Shown here: piece after piece, positions 39,415 to 53,184 of the stretch | Position numbering within the stretch: position 1 is the stretch's first letter | Layout: the number at the start of each line of letters is the position of its first letter | DNA from: Eledone cirrhosa | Taxonomy: Eukaryota | Direction: 5' to 3' | Length of the DNA: 64,000 nt | NCBI GenBank assembly: GCA_964016885.1 | Contig: OZ024741.1 | Coordinates: 173,352,001-173,416,000, forward strand | The notes under the pieces: generated by a model | Database searches by the model: none | What the model was told of the DNA's origin: nothing | The model's input: the letters and a program-made list of their open reading frames with translations, nothing else | Position numbers and translations under genes: made by a program

Positions 39415-40230
39415 ATAATGGTTTCTAATTTAGACACAAGGCCAATAATTTTGGGAAAAGGGAAAGTTAATTATATTATCTTGATTGATGCTTTATTTTA
39501 CCAACCCTGGAAGAATGAAAGGCAAAGTTGATCTTGGTGGGATTTGAACTCAGAACATAGAAAGTCATAATTAAATATGGCAAAGCATTTTCTCCATACT
39601 CTGCAAATCTACCACCTGTGATATTGAATTGTAATTTAGTCACAAGGCCAGAAAATTTGGGGGAAGGACAAATTTGATTAATTTAAACTCCAATACTTGA
39701 CTGGTACTTTATTTTATCAATTCCCAGACGTGTGAAAGAAAGAAGTTGAGCCTGGTGGGATTTGAACTTAGAATATAAAGGATTATAATACTCTAATGAT
39801 TTTGCCACCCCACCTACAATAGAATACTAAATAATAATTGTTTCTACTTTAGGCACAAGGCCAGCAATTACCCAGTGCATTACTGGTACTTTATTTTATC
39901 GACCCCGTAAGGATGAAAGGCAAAGTCAACCTCGGCGGGATTTGAACTCAGATCGTAAAGGGACGTAACTATGCTGGAAAGCATGACGTCCGACCCTCTA
40001 CCGATACTGCCAATCCACCGCCCTAAATAATAATGATTTATAATTTAGGCACAAGGCCAGCAATTTGTAGGGAGGGAAAAGTTGATTATGTTGACCCCAG
40101 TTCTTGACTGGTGTTTTATTTTTTAACCCCAGAATGATGAAACGCAAAGTTGACATCGGTGGGATTTGAAGTCAGAATGTAAAGGCCATAACTGAATCCT
40201 CCGAGGGATTTTAGCTGATGTGCTAATGAT
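39415..40230 (-). mobile_element. cluster of four Nin-like SINEs; youngest 39839-40022 with 12-bp TSD
   Basis: TSD CTAAATAATAAT at 39827-39838 and 40023-40034; older copies on both sides. Confidence 0.85.
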
Positions 40231-40859
40231 TTTGTCAATACTATAATACTAAATAATGAAGACAGTAAATTTAATTACAAATAGATAGAATCATCTTCAT
40301 TGTTTAATGTCCATTTTTCTACACTAGTATGGGTTAGATGAATTATCCTGTTGTGAGAAATGTCAAGTTAGGCGACCATGTCTTGCTCATACAGAACTGA
40401 TTTGGCTTGGTTTCTACAGCTGGATACCCTTCCTAATGCTAACCACATTTAAAGTAAGTCCTGGTGCTTTTTTTCGTATCACCTACATGACCACTTTACA
40501 GTATGGGCTGGGTGCTTTTTGTCATGACACCTACATGACCACTTTATAGTGTGCACTGGGTGTTTTTTATCATGTCACCTACACAACCTCTTTACAGTGT
40601 GGGCTGGGTGCTTTTTGTTGTGACACCTACACAAACAGAATATCTCATGTTATTTGTTCTGCCTCTCAGTAGCCATGAGTTCAAATCCTACTGAAGTCAA
40701 CTTTGCTTTTTACCCATTTGGGGCTTGATAAAATATAAGACCAGTACAGAATTGTGAATTGGCAGAAGTGTTAGAGCATTGGACAAAGATGCCTTGCAAT
40801 ATCTGTTCTAGTACTTCATGTTTTGAGTTCAAATTTTGTATGGGGGATCTGAACCTCAC

Positions 40860-41160
40860 TGATAGCTAGGGCTAATCCCCTGTTCATAAGACCACAACTG
40901 ATTATGAAAGCTACAATAAGTGGAGAAGGATTGTGACCATCTTTCTAGGAGTTCAAATCCTACTGCTAGCCAGTATTAATCCCTTGACCATAGGACCACA
41001 ACTTATTATGAAAGCTGCAATAAATGGAGGAAGATTGTGTTCATCTGTCTAGGAGTTCAACTTCTACTGCTAGCCAGTACTAATCCCTTGACTATGGGAC
41101 CATAACTGATTATGAAAGCTGCAACATGTAGAGGAAGATTGTGGTAATTTTCTACTGTAA
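40860..41160. repeat. ~105-bp tandem repeat, about 3 copies
   Basis: GACCACAACTGATTATGAAAGCT..GGAGGAAGATTGTG recurs with ~105-bp period. Confidence 0.8.
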
Positions 41161-42316
41161 TCAAACGATGATGAATGGTAAAACAAGTGTAAAATGATAA
41201 GGAGGATGGTGACGATAAGGATTTAGATAATGTGCTGCATATGTTCCATTAATCACTAAAATATGCAACTCACAGTTCGAACCATATGTTTTCAATGCTG
41301 TACCACATAAGAACTAATTAACACTATTATCAGTCATCATTAAGAAAGTAGGAATTAATGTCAGCTACGATATTGTTCTATTCTACATCACACATTACAA
41401 TTTATATTCTTTTCTATTCTTTTATTATTTTATAAGTTACATTCATTTGAAATATGGCCTTACCCAAAAGTTTAGCCAATCATATCAACCCCAGTAATTA
41501 TTTTATTGAACATAAATGTTATGATTGAGGAAATTATATTTTCTACACTATAATCTTCTGATATAAGTGAAAATATTTATATGAGATATCCAGCCTTGTT
41601 TATGTGTTTTGGAAGAAGGAAGTGTGTGTAATAACATCAGTATTATTACTGTAATTCAATGGTTTTTAAAAATTCATTTCGTATCCTTGGGTTTCTACTT
41701 ACTGATATGATATTTTTTATTGTAGTGTAAATTTCAATCTCTCTAGAGAAGTACCTATCTAATAAGTGTCTCTACAAATTTAACCTAAACATAGTCTAAA
41801 ATCTTGACTTTTACCTAAGTAAATACAATCTATATATGTAGCAAAATTGTACACATATTACTAACTTTGCAAAATACATATATAAGTTTCACTTTTTCAA
41901 TCATCATTCTTATCTATTGCTCTACTCACTGATAAATCCTTAATGCCCTGAACCATTTTTTTCATTTTCTGGAGGACCTTCCAGAATAATAGGAACACAA
42001 TATAGCCATGATTATTTTATAAACTTACATTTACTGAGTGGTTTTCCATGTTGAGCAATAATCTTTGGAAACTCAGAAATAGCAGTAACTATATTGGAAT
42101 TCCTTGAAACAGATTTCATTCAAATACTTGACTGCATATTTTCGCTGCTGCTTTTTTAAGAAACACATTTGAAAAAAAAAGATTTTTATCTTCTTGTTAA
42201 CTTTTATTGCAAAGCCAATTCTGAACGGTTTTGTAGTGCCACATTATAAAGGAAATTCTGCACATTACTGTTTTGGAACATAAGCTACATAATGCTTTAT
42301 AACCCATTATGATTGA

Positions 42317-42420
42317 TCACGTCAAAGTTTTCACTCCAAATTTCTTAAAAAGTTCTGCTGCTGTTCCCTTCATTTGAAGGTATTCATTTATTTGCTGGTT
42401 GAACTGACATTCTGAAGAAG
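42317..42420 (-). CDS. candidate terminal coding exon, unknown protein (..SSECQFNQQINEYLQMKGTAAELFKKFGVKTLT*)
   Basis: good acceptor TTTACATTTCAG, non-repetitive protein-like frame, minus-strand AATAAA ~110 nt after the stop; no homology recognised. Confidence 0.3.
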
Positions 42421-44343
42421 CTGAAATGTAAATACAATTTTTAAATATTGTCGAACTTATAGTGGTGGAAAGGTCTGTCACCCTCAGTCTCCAAACCACC
42501 CCACAGCTTACTACAATCAAGGTGAAGATAGCCATCCACAAGAACAAGTTCCATATGTTATACTGACTCTTTCAGCACATCTCCATCACTATCATATATT
42601 TTCTGGTTGAGCCTACATTCTAGAGAAGCTGAATATTTTTGTGTAACCGCCAGACTAAACCTCTAGTACATTAGTTATTTTACAGATTGAATATTTTGCA
42701 TATTTAGATAGCTTTAAAGTAACAATTTGCAACAGGTAATTAACACAGGACCCAAGCAGAGAGGTGTTGGGACATCATTAGTTCTGTTGGTGCTCATCAT
42801 TCAACACTACCATATGTCCTAAACCAACCAATAGAGGCAATTTATAATCTCTCCTCATCCACCTTACATCCATATCTTTAATTATCACTGACATCATTTT
42901 AGTGCTTACTTTCCTTATTAGGATCATGATAAACTTTGCTTTTCTTATTTTAAGTACTCCCATCAGGTACTCAGTTTGATTCTTCTCTCTCCCTCTTTCT
43001 CTACAGATTTCACCAGTAATTCAAAGGCCTAGCTTTGTCACATTCAACCTGAGAATTGTTTTTGGAAGATACCTGGCTCTGTAAAATACTCAGGTGTTTA
43101 CATGCTAATTTTATCAGTAGGAATTCAGATGGTTAAAAAAAAAAGGATGGCACTCCAATAGTAACAACAAGTCGGTGCTGGATTTACCATTGTGCTTAAA
43201 CACAGGGCTCCATTGGCCAGGGGTTGGGGTGCCCATCTTCCTGCCAAAACATTTTTTTACCTCCTTCAGGGCCCAAGTAAGGTGCCTCATAACTTAACTA
43301 GCACAGGGTGTCATTTAGTCCTGAATCCAGCTCTTCAACAAATGGTAGGGAATTCTTCAGTCATACCAAGGCAGTGACAACCTCTCTTGTGCTGGAGCCA
43401 TAAGGGTAGAGATGACTCTTCAATTGTGTCAAAGGTATAACTACCTCTCTATTGCTGGAGCCACAATAAAATACACCAAATACACTCGATATTGTGGTTA
43501 GCAATACGAAAAGCACCCAACTGTAGAAACTATGCCAAAATGGAATATATGTAAGCAAGACATGTATTCCAGGCCATCTAGGTGTACAGTAGTTCTGAAT
43601 AATTACTCACCTGGTCTGTAACAACCCATCCAACTCCTGCCAATATGAAAAAGTGGATGATGCCAGTATGGAAATGATGATGATGACAATGATAGTTAAG
43701 TTGATGATGATAATTATGATAATAACCAACTGCATTCTCATTGTTAATACTGAGGGAAAATCCCCCATTAGAGAAGGAAGCTCCTGCTACAATAGATATT
43801 CATAAGAAAAGATAAGAGGCAAACATTATAAGCATTCACAGTAAGTTGACATATTCTTGCATTTTAATGACATCCCAATATGGGGATGGAAGGGTAAAGG
43901 GAAATGTTAAACTCTGAGTGGACAGCTTCTTTTCCTGAATTCTGACAAACTGTATTATTCATAATCTCCCCTACTCTTTCAGTTCCTCAATCTCCACCCC
44001 ACCTCTCTCTCTCTGAATCTCTCTTCTTTAATATTTCTACTATTTCCATATTCTATTATTGCCTTTCTCATCACAAATATTTATATATGTATATAGCTAA
44101 ATATATTCCTCTACTCTTTCTATACACTTACATACACATATGTTTAAATAGTATATATATATATGTAAAAGGTAAACAGAAATAACAACACAATCAATAC
44201 AGTATATGGAAGGAATATATTAGGTTAACACTTGAAATAGCAGGAAGAAAGAATGAAAAATTAGAAAGATTGAAGGGACGGGCAGGGTGGAATCAGAAAA
44301 CATTTTTTAGAGAAAAATAGCAGGTCCATTCATGTTACCATCT

Positions 44344-44345
<2 letters not shown>

Positions 44346-44375
<30 letters not shown>

Positions 44376-44698
44376 TTTACGTCCGCTTTTCCCTGCTTGC
44401 AAGGGTGGGACGGGAACTGATTCTGGCTTGATTTCTACAGCTGGATGCCCTTCCTAACACCAACCTCATTTACAGTGAGTGCTGGGTGCTTTTTTACCAT
44501 GGCACCTCCACGACCACTTTGCAGTGGAATGATATGGACCCCAGTCCCTATCATCTCATTTCTACAGCTGAGTAAACTGGAGCAATGTGAAATAAAGTGT
44601 CTTGCTCAAGAAAACAACACATCACCCGGTCTGAGAATTGAACTCACAACCTATCAATTGCAAGGCCAATGCTCTAACCACTAAGCCATGTGCCTCCA
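44346..44698 (-). mobile_element. full-length CORE-like SINE with RTE tail
   Basis: near-identical reverse complement of 9476-9823. Confidence 0.88.
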
Positions 44699-44718
44699 TC
44701 TATATATATATGTATATA

Positions 44719-45560
44719 TCATCATCATCATCATCGTTTAACGTCCGTGTTCCACGCTTGCATGGGTTTGGACGGAGGGTTTTCCCACTTGAGGCAAGAG
44801 TGGTTATCTTGCTCGCATAGGACTATCTGGCGGGTTTTCTACAGCTGGATGCCCTTCCTAACACCAACCACATTTACAGTGTGGGGCTGGGAGGTTTTTA
44901 CCATGTTGCCTACACGGCCACATTACAGCGTGAACTGTGTGTTTTTTTTTACGTGACACCTACACGATCTCATTTGTTTCGGCCTGGATGTTGTGGCACC
45001 AACATAACTTTACATTGAAAGGGGCGGTGTGGATGGGCTGGGGGTGGTGGGACGGGGTGTATTTTGTTAGAGATGCCTACTGACTGTAGTAGGTTTTACT
45101 TTGTATTTAGGTAAGGCGGGTCTTCTCTATTACTGAGTACCGCCAAAGGTCTCTGTCCAGTGACATTGTCTTGGTGAGGTGTAAGTGTGTGAGGTCGGAA
45201 TTTATCAGCTCGTCTCAGGTTTTTCTGGGTCTGCCTATTCCGTGGCTACCGTCTATCTTTATTGCCCTGCACTTTGTTATACAGCTATCGTCCTTCATGC
45301 GCATCACGTGACCATACCAACGTAGCCTTCTCTCGAGTAAACAACATCTGATCCCTCTTATTTCTAATTGTTTCCTTAGTTCGTTTATGCTTTGCCGTTC
45401 ACGTATATTACTATTACACATCCAGCGGAGCATGCAAGCTTCGTTTCTCTCTAGTCTGCGTATATCCTCTGCACACAATGCCCAGGTCTCACTGCCATGC
45501 AACATTGCTGTTCGTATGCAGGCATCGTACAACCTGCCTTTCATTTTTAGGGAGAACCCT
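44719..45560 (-). mobile_element. 5'-truncated RTE LINE
   Basis: [36 protein letters not shown], 3' UTR and (CAT)n tail; flanked by (TA)n. Confidence 0.9.
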
Positions 45561-45645
45561 ATATATATATAATTGTTTCTACTTTAGGCACAAGGGCAGC
45601 AATTACCCAGCTATATATATATAATGTTATATATATACATCTATA

Positions 45646-45886
45646 TAGGTGTCACAACAAAAAAACACACAGTCCACACTGTAATGTGGCCGTGTAGGTA
45701 ACACGGTAAAAACCTCCTAGTCCACACTGTAAACGTGGTTGGTGTTAGGAAGGGCATCCGGCCGTAGAAAACCCGCCAGACAGTCCTATGCGAGCAAGAC
45801 AACCACTCTTGCCTCAAGTGGGAAAACTCCCATCCAAACCCATGCAAGCGTGGAAGATGGACGTTAAACGATGATGATGATGATGA
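45646..45886 (+). mobile_element. RTE 3' UTR fragment
   Basis: matches 2555-2800; (GAT)n tail. Confidence 0.8.
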
Positions 45887-45898
45887 TATATATAGCTG

Positions 45899-45936
<38 letters not shown>

Positions 45937-45948
45937 CATATACATACA

Positions 45949-46775
45949 GACGCAATGAATTCTCGACAGTTGGATTACGTAACTGTCTTTATCCCATTGC
46001 AGAAACTAATTAGTTGGAGTGAAAATTTAAGTAAGTAAAAAATTTAAAAAAATTTTTTTTTTTTTTAAAGATATTTTCTTATTTTACGTCTTTTATATTA
46101 TTGTTCTGCATTCTCCTGCATTGAACCACCTAGGTACTATGACATAACCTGTGTATTTGCTAGCATGGGCGTGCATCTGTGCGCTTATGTTAGTTGATAT
46201 ATTAAATTATCTATATTTATCTCCAAATCACTGATTTGTCGAGCAAACTTGCCAAAACCACTTCTAAAAAAATTTTTTTTGGGGTGTTAGTAGGCGTCAG
46301 TCATCTTACCATCCCATTCCTTCTAACTAGCCTCTGTGTCACGTGATTGATTCTTTAGAATCGGCCATTTGACTTGAAGCAGTGAGAATTTCGGTACATA
46401 GAATCCAGTCCTCGCAAGCTGTTCGATCTACCGAATTATTATTATTTTTATATGAGCCGCCAGTGTCCGCGCATTGCCTGGAGACTTAACTGAGAATAGA
46501 CTCCCTGATGACGCAATGAATTCTCGACAGTTGGATTACGTAACTGTCTTTATCCCATTGCAGAAACTAATTAGTTGGAGTGAAAATTTAAGTAAGTAAA
46601 AAATTTAAAAAAAAATTTTTTTTTTTTTTTTTAAAGATATTTTCTTATTTTACGTCTTTTATATTATTGTTCTGCATTCTCCTGCATTGAACCACCTAGG
46701 TACTATGACATAACCTGTGTATTTGCTAGCATGGGCGTGCATCTGTGCGCTTATGTTAGTTGATATATTAAATTA

Positions 46776-46780
<5 letters not shown>
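45949..46780 (+). mobile_element. ~1.5-unit tandem (561-bp period) Penelope pLTR/retrozyme-like element
   Basis: 45949-~46215 repeated at 46510-~46780 almost identically; flanked by (TA)n; carries a hammerhead. Confidence 0.8.
46500..46581 (+). ncRNA. type I hammerhead ribozyme, intact core
   Basis: ACTCC-CTGATGA-C-GCAATG..GACAGTT/AACTGTC..CATTGC-A-GAAAC-TAATTA-GTT-GGAGT; stem I ACTCC/GGAGT; palindromic stem III CTAATTAG. Confidence 0.8.
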
Positions 46781-46817
<37 letters not shown>

Positions 46818-47687
46818 GTTTATGAAAATTGTTGATATTAACTCAGTATCTAATATGTGGAGAAATGTTGTACTAGACAGGGCTTATCTAATCCATGCAA
46901 ATATAGAAAAACAAGCATAAAAACAACAATGACAGTGAAAATCATGATGATTATACAAAATAAATATATTGGCACAAGTTTGTATCATTTGCACATCACA
47001 AATGTTGTCAGCCCCTTTTAAACAAAGCAATTTGCTATACTAACTATAGCAAACAAGCAAAGCCAATTGTAAGTTGTCCTGTCTTGTATGTTTGTCAATT
47101 AATTTATTTAAGCAGAATGCAATTGGATTCTTTAAATCATTTTGAATTTAGCCTGCAACATCAACACTTTCACATTTTGCTATTTTATAACTTGCAAACT
47201 TTCTTACAAACAGTTTAGAGTTATTCCAATATTTGAATATTTTTCTTTTATTAATGTGTAAAGGATATTTCAATAATTCTTTTGTTTTCATCTTTCTTGA
47301 AAATGTTGAAGTGTAAATAACTGCGCCTACCTGCTCAATTTACTTTGTCGTCGTTTTTTGTTTTTTTTGTATTATCTTTATAATGAATCAGTTAAAATTT
47401 TAAATATCCATTGTTAATAGTTTGTGGCTAGTGCTCCTTCTCATTTCCCCAGAGCTGGCTAATATTGAATCACTTGTAATGTAACATAATTCCTGTTTCT
47501 AAAAATAGAACAAATGTCTACAGGTGGTCATTATTTTCCACCCCAGAATTAATGGAGTGGATGTTTGAATGTTCTGAAATTCTTTGTTGGGAAAATTAAC
47601 AAATAAAAAAAAATTCTTTTCCATGACTAAATGTAGTAAAATGCAAAATTTTGGCAAACAATATTATCACTATATTTTTATTATTAT

Positions 47688-48140
47688 TGGCAGAATTGGT
47701 AGAGGGTTGGACAACATGCTTCACGGAATAGAGTTAAGGCCCTTTACAATCTGAGTTCAAATCCTGCTACGGTTAACTTTGCCTTTCATCCTTACGGGGG
47801 TCGATAAAATAAAGCACCAGTAACGTACTGGGGTCGATTTAATCGACTTTCCCCTCCCCCCAAATTACTGGCCTTGTGCCTATACTAGAAATCATTATTA
47901 TTATTATTAATTCTTTGTAGGTTGGTGGGTTGGCAGTATCGGTAGAGGGTCGGACGCCATGCTTTGCAGCATAGAGTTACAGCCCTTTAGGATCTGAGTT
48001 CAAATTTCGCCGAGGCTAACTTTGCCTTTCATCCTTACAGGTTCGATAAAATAAAGTACCAGTCATGCACTGGGGTCGAATTAATCGACTTTCCACTCCC
48101 CAAAATTGCTGGCCTTGTGCCTATATAAGAAACCATTATT
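47688..48140 (+). mobile_element. two tandem Nin-like SINEs
   Basis: family match; long-form tail with GGGGTCGATTTAATCGAC hairpin. Confidence 0.85.
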
Positions 48141-48594
48141 AATTCTTTGTCACATAGGCACAAGGCCAGCATTTTAATGTAAGGGGAAAGTCGATTATAT
48201 CAATCAAGTACTTGACAAGTACTTTATTTTATTGATCCTAGAAAGATAAAAGCAAAGTTGACATCAGTAGGATTTGAACTCAGAATGTAAAGAGATATGA
48301 CTGAATGGTGCTATATATTTTGTCTGACACTCTAACAATTCTGCTAATGATGATGATGATGTTGATGATGATGTTGACAATGATGATGACAATAAAGATG
48401 ATAATGTTGATGATGATATTGATAATAAATAAGAATGTCTAGAACTAAGATTATATACCATTGTTACTCCAAGTTTCTTGTTATCACTTCAATTTGATTG
48501 GGGATTTTTGTGGGTGTGGGGGTGTGGGGGTGGGGTGGGGGTTATTTGGTCGAGGAATTACATGGTGTTAAACATTTAGATAAATTATTTTAAA

Positions 48595-49320
48595 TCTGAT
48601 GGTTAATATTTGATGTTCATATTCATTTGTCTACTACCTATGAAATATTCCAGATTCCTTGATTGTTAATGGCTGGGGCACCTATTAATTTGTCTACTTC
48701 CTATGATATGCACTAAATTCTTTGATGGTTGATGGCTGGGTCAACTATTAATTTGTCTACTTCACATATGTACAAAATTCTTTGATGGCTAATGGTTGGA
48801 ATCCTATTAATTTGTCTACTTCCTATATGTACTAAATTCTTTGATGGCTAATGGTTGGGGCTCCTATTAATTTGTCTACTTCCTATATGTACTAAATTCT
48901 TTGATGGCTAATGGTTGGGGCTCCTATTAATTTGTCTACTTCCTATATGTACTAAATTCTTTGATGGCTAATGGTTGGGGCTCCTATTAATTTGTCTACT
49001 TCCTATATGTACTAAATTCTTTGATGGCTAATGGTTGGGGCTCCTATTAATTTGTCTACTTCCTATATGTACTAAATTATTTGATGGCTAATGGTTGGGG
49101 CTCCTATTAATTTTTCTATTTCCTATATGTACTAAATCCTTTGATGGCTAATGGTTGAGGCACCTATTAATTTGTCTACTTCCTATAATATATACCAAAT
49201 TCTTCAATGGTTAATGTTTGAGTTCCTATTTATTTGTCAGGTTCTTATGGAATAATACACATTATTTGATGGTTAATGGATTGGGCTCCTTTTGTTTTGT
49301 CTACTTTCTATGATATGTTT
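48595..49320. repeat. 60-bp minisatellite, ~12 copies
   Basis: unit TTGATGGCTAATGGTTGGGGCTCCTATTAATTTGTCTACTTCCTATATGTACTAAATTCT, near-identical across 48841-49080 and diverged at the edges. Confidence 0.95.
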
Positions 49321-50305
49321 CAGATGCTTCCATTCTGTTATAATTCCTTTACTTAGACATTGCTGTCATACATCAAATTCATTTTTAATTTCTTACTGAG
49401 TACTTTCAGATTAATTGTGTTGGTTGCTGCTGGTACTCATTTATTTCAACTGTGTGAACTAGGGTAATGTGAAATGAAGTGTCTTGTTCAAGGACTCAAT
49501 GCACCATCCAAACTGGGAATTGAAACCACACCCTTATGATCATAAGTTTAGCACTCTAACACCTAGGCCACATGCATTCACTAATGATTATTGTGCAAAA
49601 ATAAATAGGAAACAATTAAAACATCACTTTGTTTTTCGAAAGTTTATTTTTTTAAAGATAATTTTATCATCATCATCACCACATAATGTCCATTTTTCCA
49701 TGCCAGCATGGGTTAAATGAGTTGTTCCATTGTGAGATAGGACAGACCAGATGACCATGTGTTGCTCTTACAAAGCTGTTACTGGCTTGGTTTCCATGGC
49801 TGGATGCTCTTTCTAACACCAACCACATTTACAGTGTAGACTGAGTGCTTTTATCGTGACACCAAAATGATCACTTTACAGCGTTGGCTCTTTTTGTCGT
49901 GTCATCAACACAACCCTTTTACAGTGTGGACTAGACACATTTTGACATATCACCAGCATGACCACTCTACAGTGTGGGCTGGATACTTTTTGTTATGACA
50001 CTATCAGTTGTACAAAATAAATAATGCATTTCCCGTCTAACCCATGCTAACGTGGAAGATGGATGTCAAACGATGATGATGATGATTCCTTTATCCCCCC
50101 TCACTAGATATTACTGTATTTAGTAACACATTCTTATGCTTCATTTCAGTTAAAATCTCCTCATAGGTGACTTTATCTTTTACCATACCAATGTTGATTA
50201 ACTAGGTACAAACTCAAGACTAGAAGGGTTTATCTAATTGACTATTTTCTTTCTCAAAATGTCTGCTATTATGCCTATAATCAGAAAACATTATTGTTAT
50301 CATTA

Positions 50306-50492
50306 TAGGGCAGTGGATTGGCAGTATCGGTAGAGGATTAGACGCCATGCTTTCCAGCATAGTTATGTCTCTTTACGATCTGAGTTCAAATCCCGCCGAG
50401 GTTGACTTTGCCTTTCATCCTTACGGGGTCGATAAAATAAAGTACCAGTAATGCACTGGATAATTGCTGGCCTTGTGCCTAAAGTAGAAACA
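50306..50492 (+). mobile_element. Nin-like SINE with 16-bp TSD
   Basis: TSD ATTATTGTTATCATTA at 50290-50305 and 50493-50508. Confidence 0.9.
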
Positions 50493-50687
50493 ATTATTGT
50501 TATCATTAGGAGCTCCATTCAACTTAGTTCTTTCAATACAAACCAGCCTGAAACCGCCCCTAGTTCTGTGATATAAAACTGTCTATTTTTAGGTATTCTT
50601 CCTTACATTAAAATATTCCCTCATAAGTTTATGTAAGAATGTTTTGTTAAAATATGTTACAAATATCAACATGATCATAAAACAGTT

Positions 50688-51052
50688 ACTGTATTTCTTG
50701 GTGTCGAAGACGCTACTTTTTTCCTAAAATAAGTCTAAAAAATCTACTATGCATCCTGGAGGCCGAAGGTTGTTTATTATTTTTTGGTGGATTGGCAGTA
50801 TCAGTAGAGGGTCGGACACCATGCTTTGCAGCAAAGAGTTACGGCCCTTTATGGTCTGAGTTCAAATCCCGCCGAGGTTAACTTTGCCTTTCATCCTTAT
50901 GGGGTCGATAAAATAAAGTACCAGTAATACACTGGGATAATTGCTGGCCTTGTGCCAAATGTAGAAACAATTATTTTTTTTCAAATTTTTGGTTGTCAAA
51001 ATTAGGGTGCGTTCTCGAGGACAAAATGCCTTTGGCACCGGGAAACTCAGTA
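50688..51052. mobile_element. Tc1/pogo-type MITE interrupted by a Nin-like SINE (50785-50975)
   Basis: TACTGTATTTCTTGGTG at the left end and CACCGGGAAACTCAGTA at the right end form imperfect TIRs with TA ends. Confidence 0.55.
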
Positions 51053-51884
51053 GTTACTTTATTGAATTGTTCTAAATTTTTCATTATTTTCTAAATTAAT
51101 TGAAACATAAAGATAGTGTTTTTGATTGGAAAAATAGTATGAAAAAGTTAGAGTTGCTGGTGTCATGTATAGCTTTTAATAATTTTTCACAATTTGAAAA
51201 AAACTGTAAGTGTAAGGGGAAAATTGTTTAGACAATCTGAAGAGAACAACTCAAGCACAACATCAAAGTTTAAAAATCCTTTTATAAATTTAACAAGGAA
51301 ATATAGACAAAAAAAAAAGAAAGAGAGAGAGGGGGTAAGAGAGAAGGGGAGAGACAGAAAGAGAGAGAAAGAAGGAATAAACAGAGAGAAAGTTAAACAG
51401 AGTGGGAGAGAAAGAGATAGAGGGGTGAGTGAGAGAGAGAGAGAGAGAAGGGAGAAACAGAAAGTTAAACAGAATGGGAGAGAAAGAGAGAGAGGGGAAA
51501 TGAGAAATAATAAGACAAAGAGAGAGTCAGAGAGAGGGGGGAGTGAGGAAGAGAAAGAAAGTGAGGGGATATATTTACATTGATGGCAATGATCGCAACA
51601 GATTTTTGTATCAAACAAATACTGAACAGCGGATGAGTGGCTGAGAGAAAGTCTGAAGAGTGCTCTCAATCATCTGTAGATCTAACGAATTTTCTCCAAA
51701 TAAATTAAAAAATATAAACAAAAGAACAGATGTTGAAAAAAACCTACATTATCCTAACTAAAATGTTTTCTTCTCAGATTTAGATTTGCAAGTGATTTCA
51801 TTGCAATTTCTACATTGATATTTTTTATTGATAACAGTTCCATAGAATTTAATCTGCCTTTGTATATAGAAAATTCCAAACACA

Positions 51885-52570
51885 TGCCATGGCTCCCAAA
51901 AGGCTGTCTGAGTGGTTGATATCTTCAGTGAGTTTAGTGAGGAATTCAAAGTACAGGCTGGAGTGCATCAGGGTTCAATTCTTAGCCCACTTCATTTTAT
52001 CCTTGTTAAAGCTCACAGAAGAGATGACAAAGGATCTCAATGAGTGGAAAGATGCTATGCTGAAAAGGACCCATCCAACCCATGCAAGCATGGAAAAGCA
52101 AATGTAAAATGATTGTAATGATTTATATATGTATGATGCTTGTTTGTGAAGTACGCAATGCTGCATGGTAGTGAAACATAGGTTGTGACTACAGAGGACA
52201 TGTGTAGACTGGAGAGAAATGAAGCAAACATGCCCCTTGGATGTGCAATGTAAGTGTGAGAGAAAGGCAGAGTTTAGTTGAGTTGAGGAAGCCAGGTTTA
52301 AGAGGAATCCGAGGTGGTGTGCAGGAGAGAAGACTGCATTGGTATTGACAATGATCATTGAGTGAAGAAGTGTTAGAGGAAATGCCAGTGGAAGGAAGAC
52401 ACAGTAGTGGTAGACCAAAAAAAACCTGGGCAGAGGTTGTGAGAGCTGACCTCAAATCACTGAGACTCGCAGAGGAGATGACAAAGGATTGCAATGAATG
52501 GAGAGATGCCATGGTGAGAAAGACCCATCCAACCCATGAAAGCGTGGAAAAACGGACATAAAAATTATGA
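51885..52570 (+). mobile_element. two decayed RTE 3' fragments
   Basis: GVHQGSILSPL, MLHGSET, GRPKKTWAEVV motifs and RTE 3' UTRs. Confidence 0.8.
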
Positions 52571-53184
52571 TCATCATCATCATTGTCATTTTAACTTCCT
52601 CTTTTCCTGCTAGCAAAGGTTGGACAGATCTACGTAGACCAAGCTAGTACTGAAGCAGTGGCTACTGATCTCTCAGACAAACCAGAGATCTGTCATCTCA
52701 TTTATGTATTGTCTCATGTTCTTCCTAGTTCATAGGGGCAGTTGTCATGTCTTTGTTACAACTGAGGGTCCTCCTGATCTTTTGTTTGGCAAGCTTTATG
52801 CAACTGGATGCCCTTGCTATCACTAACCACTTTAGAGCGAGGCTGTCACACCTTGGCGCAACTGAAGAGTCCTCCCAACCCTTTGTTTGGCAGGCCCTCC
52901 ACTGTTGGATGCCCTTCCCAGGAGGGTGGGGGAGGCCAAATTGAAATACAGTGTATTTTATCAGATATGTGGTAATGAAAGGATTAAAGTGTTTATCATC
53001 ATCCTCATCATTTTACTTTCACCTTCATTATTTCACTGTTACCAATTTTATATAGCAGAATCAGTGGCTGCTTCAAATGGTTTGGTACAAAAAGAGTTAA
53101 AACAATTACAATATGATGGTAAAAACCTTAGAATTTACACAAGAGTGTGTTTCTTTAGCACCAACCCTCACAATTTTTAGTCAT

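Noticed and set aside
48595-49320. Regular repeats as a CRISPR array
   Set aside because: Units are contiguous with no unique spacers, there are no cas genes, and the context is eukaryotic
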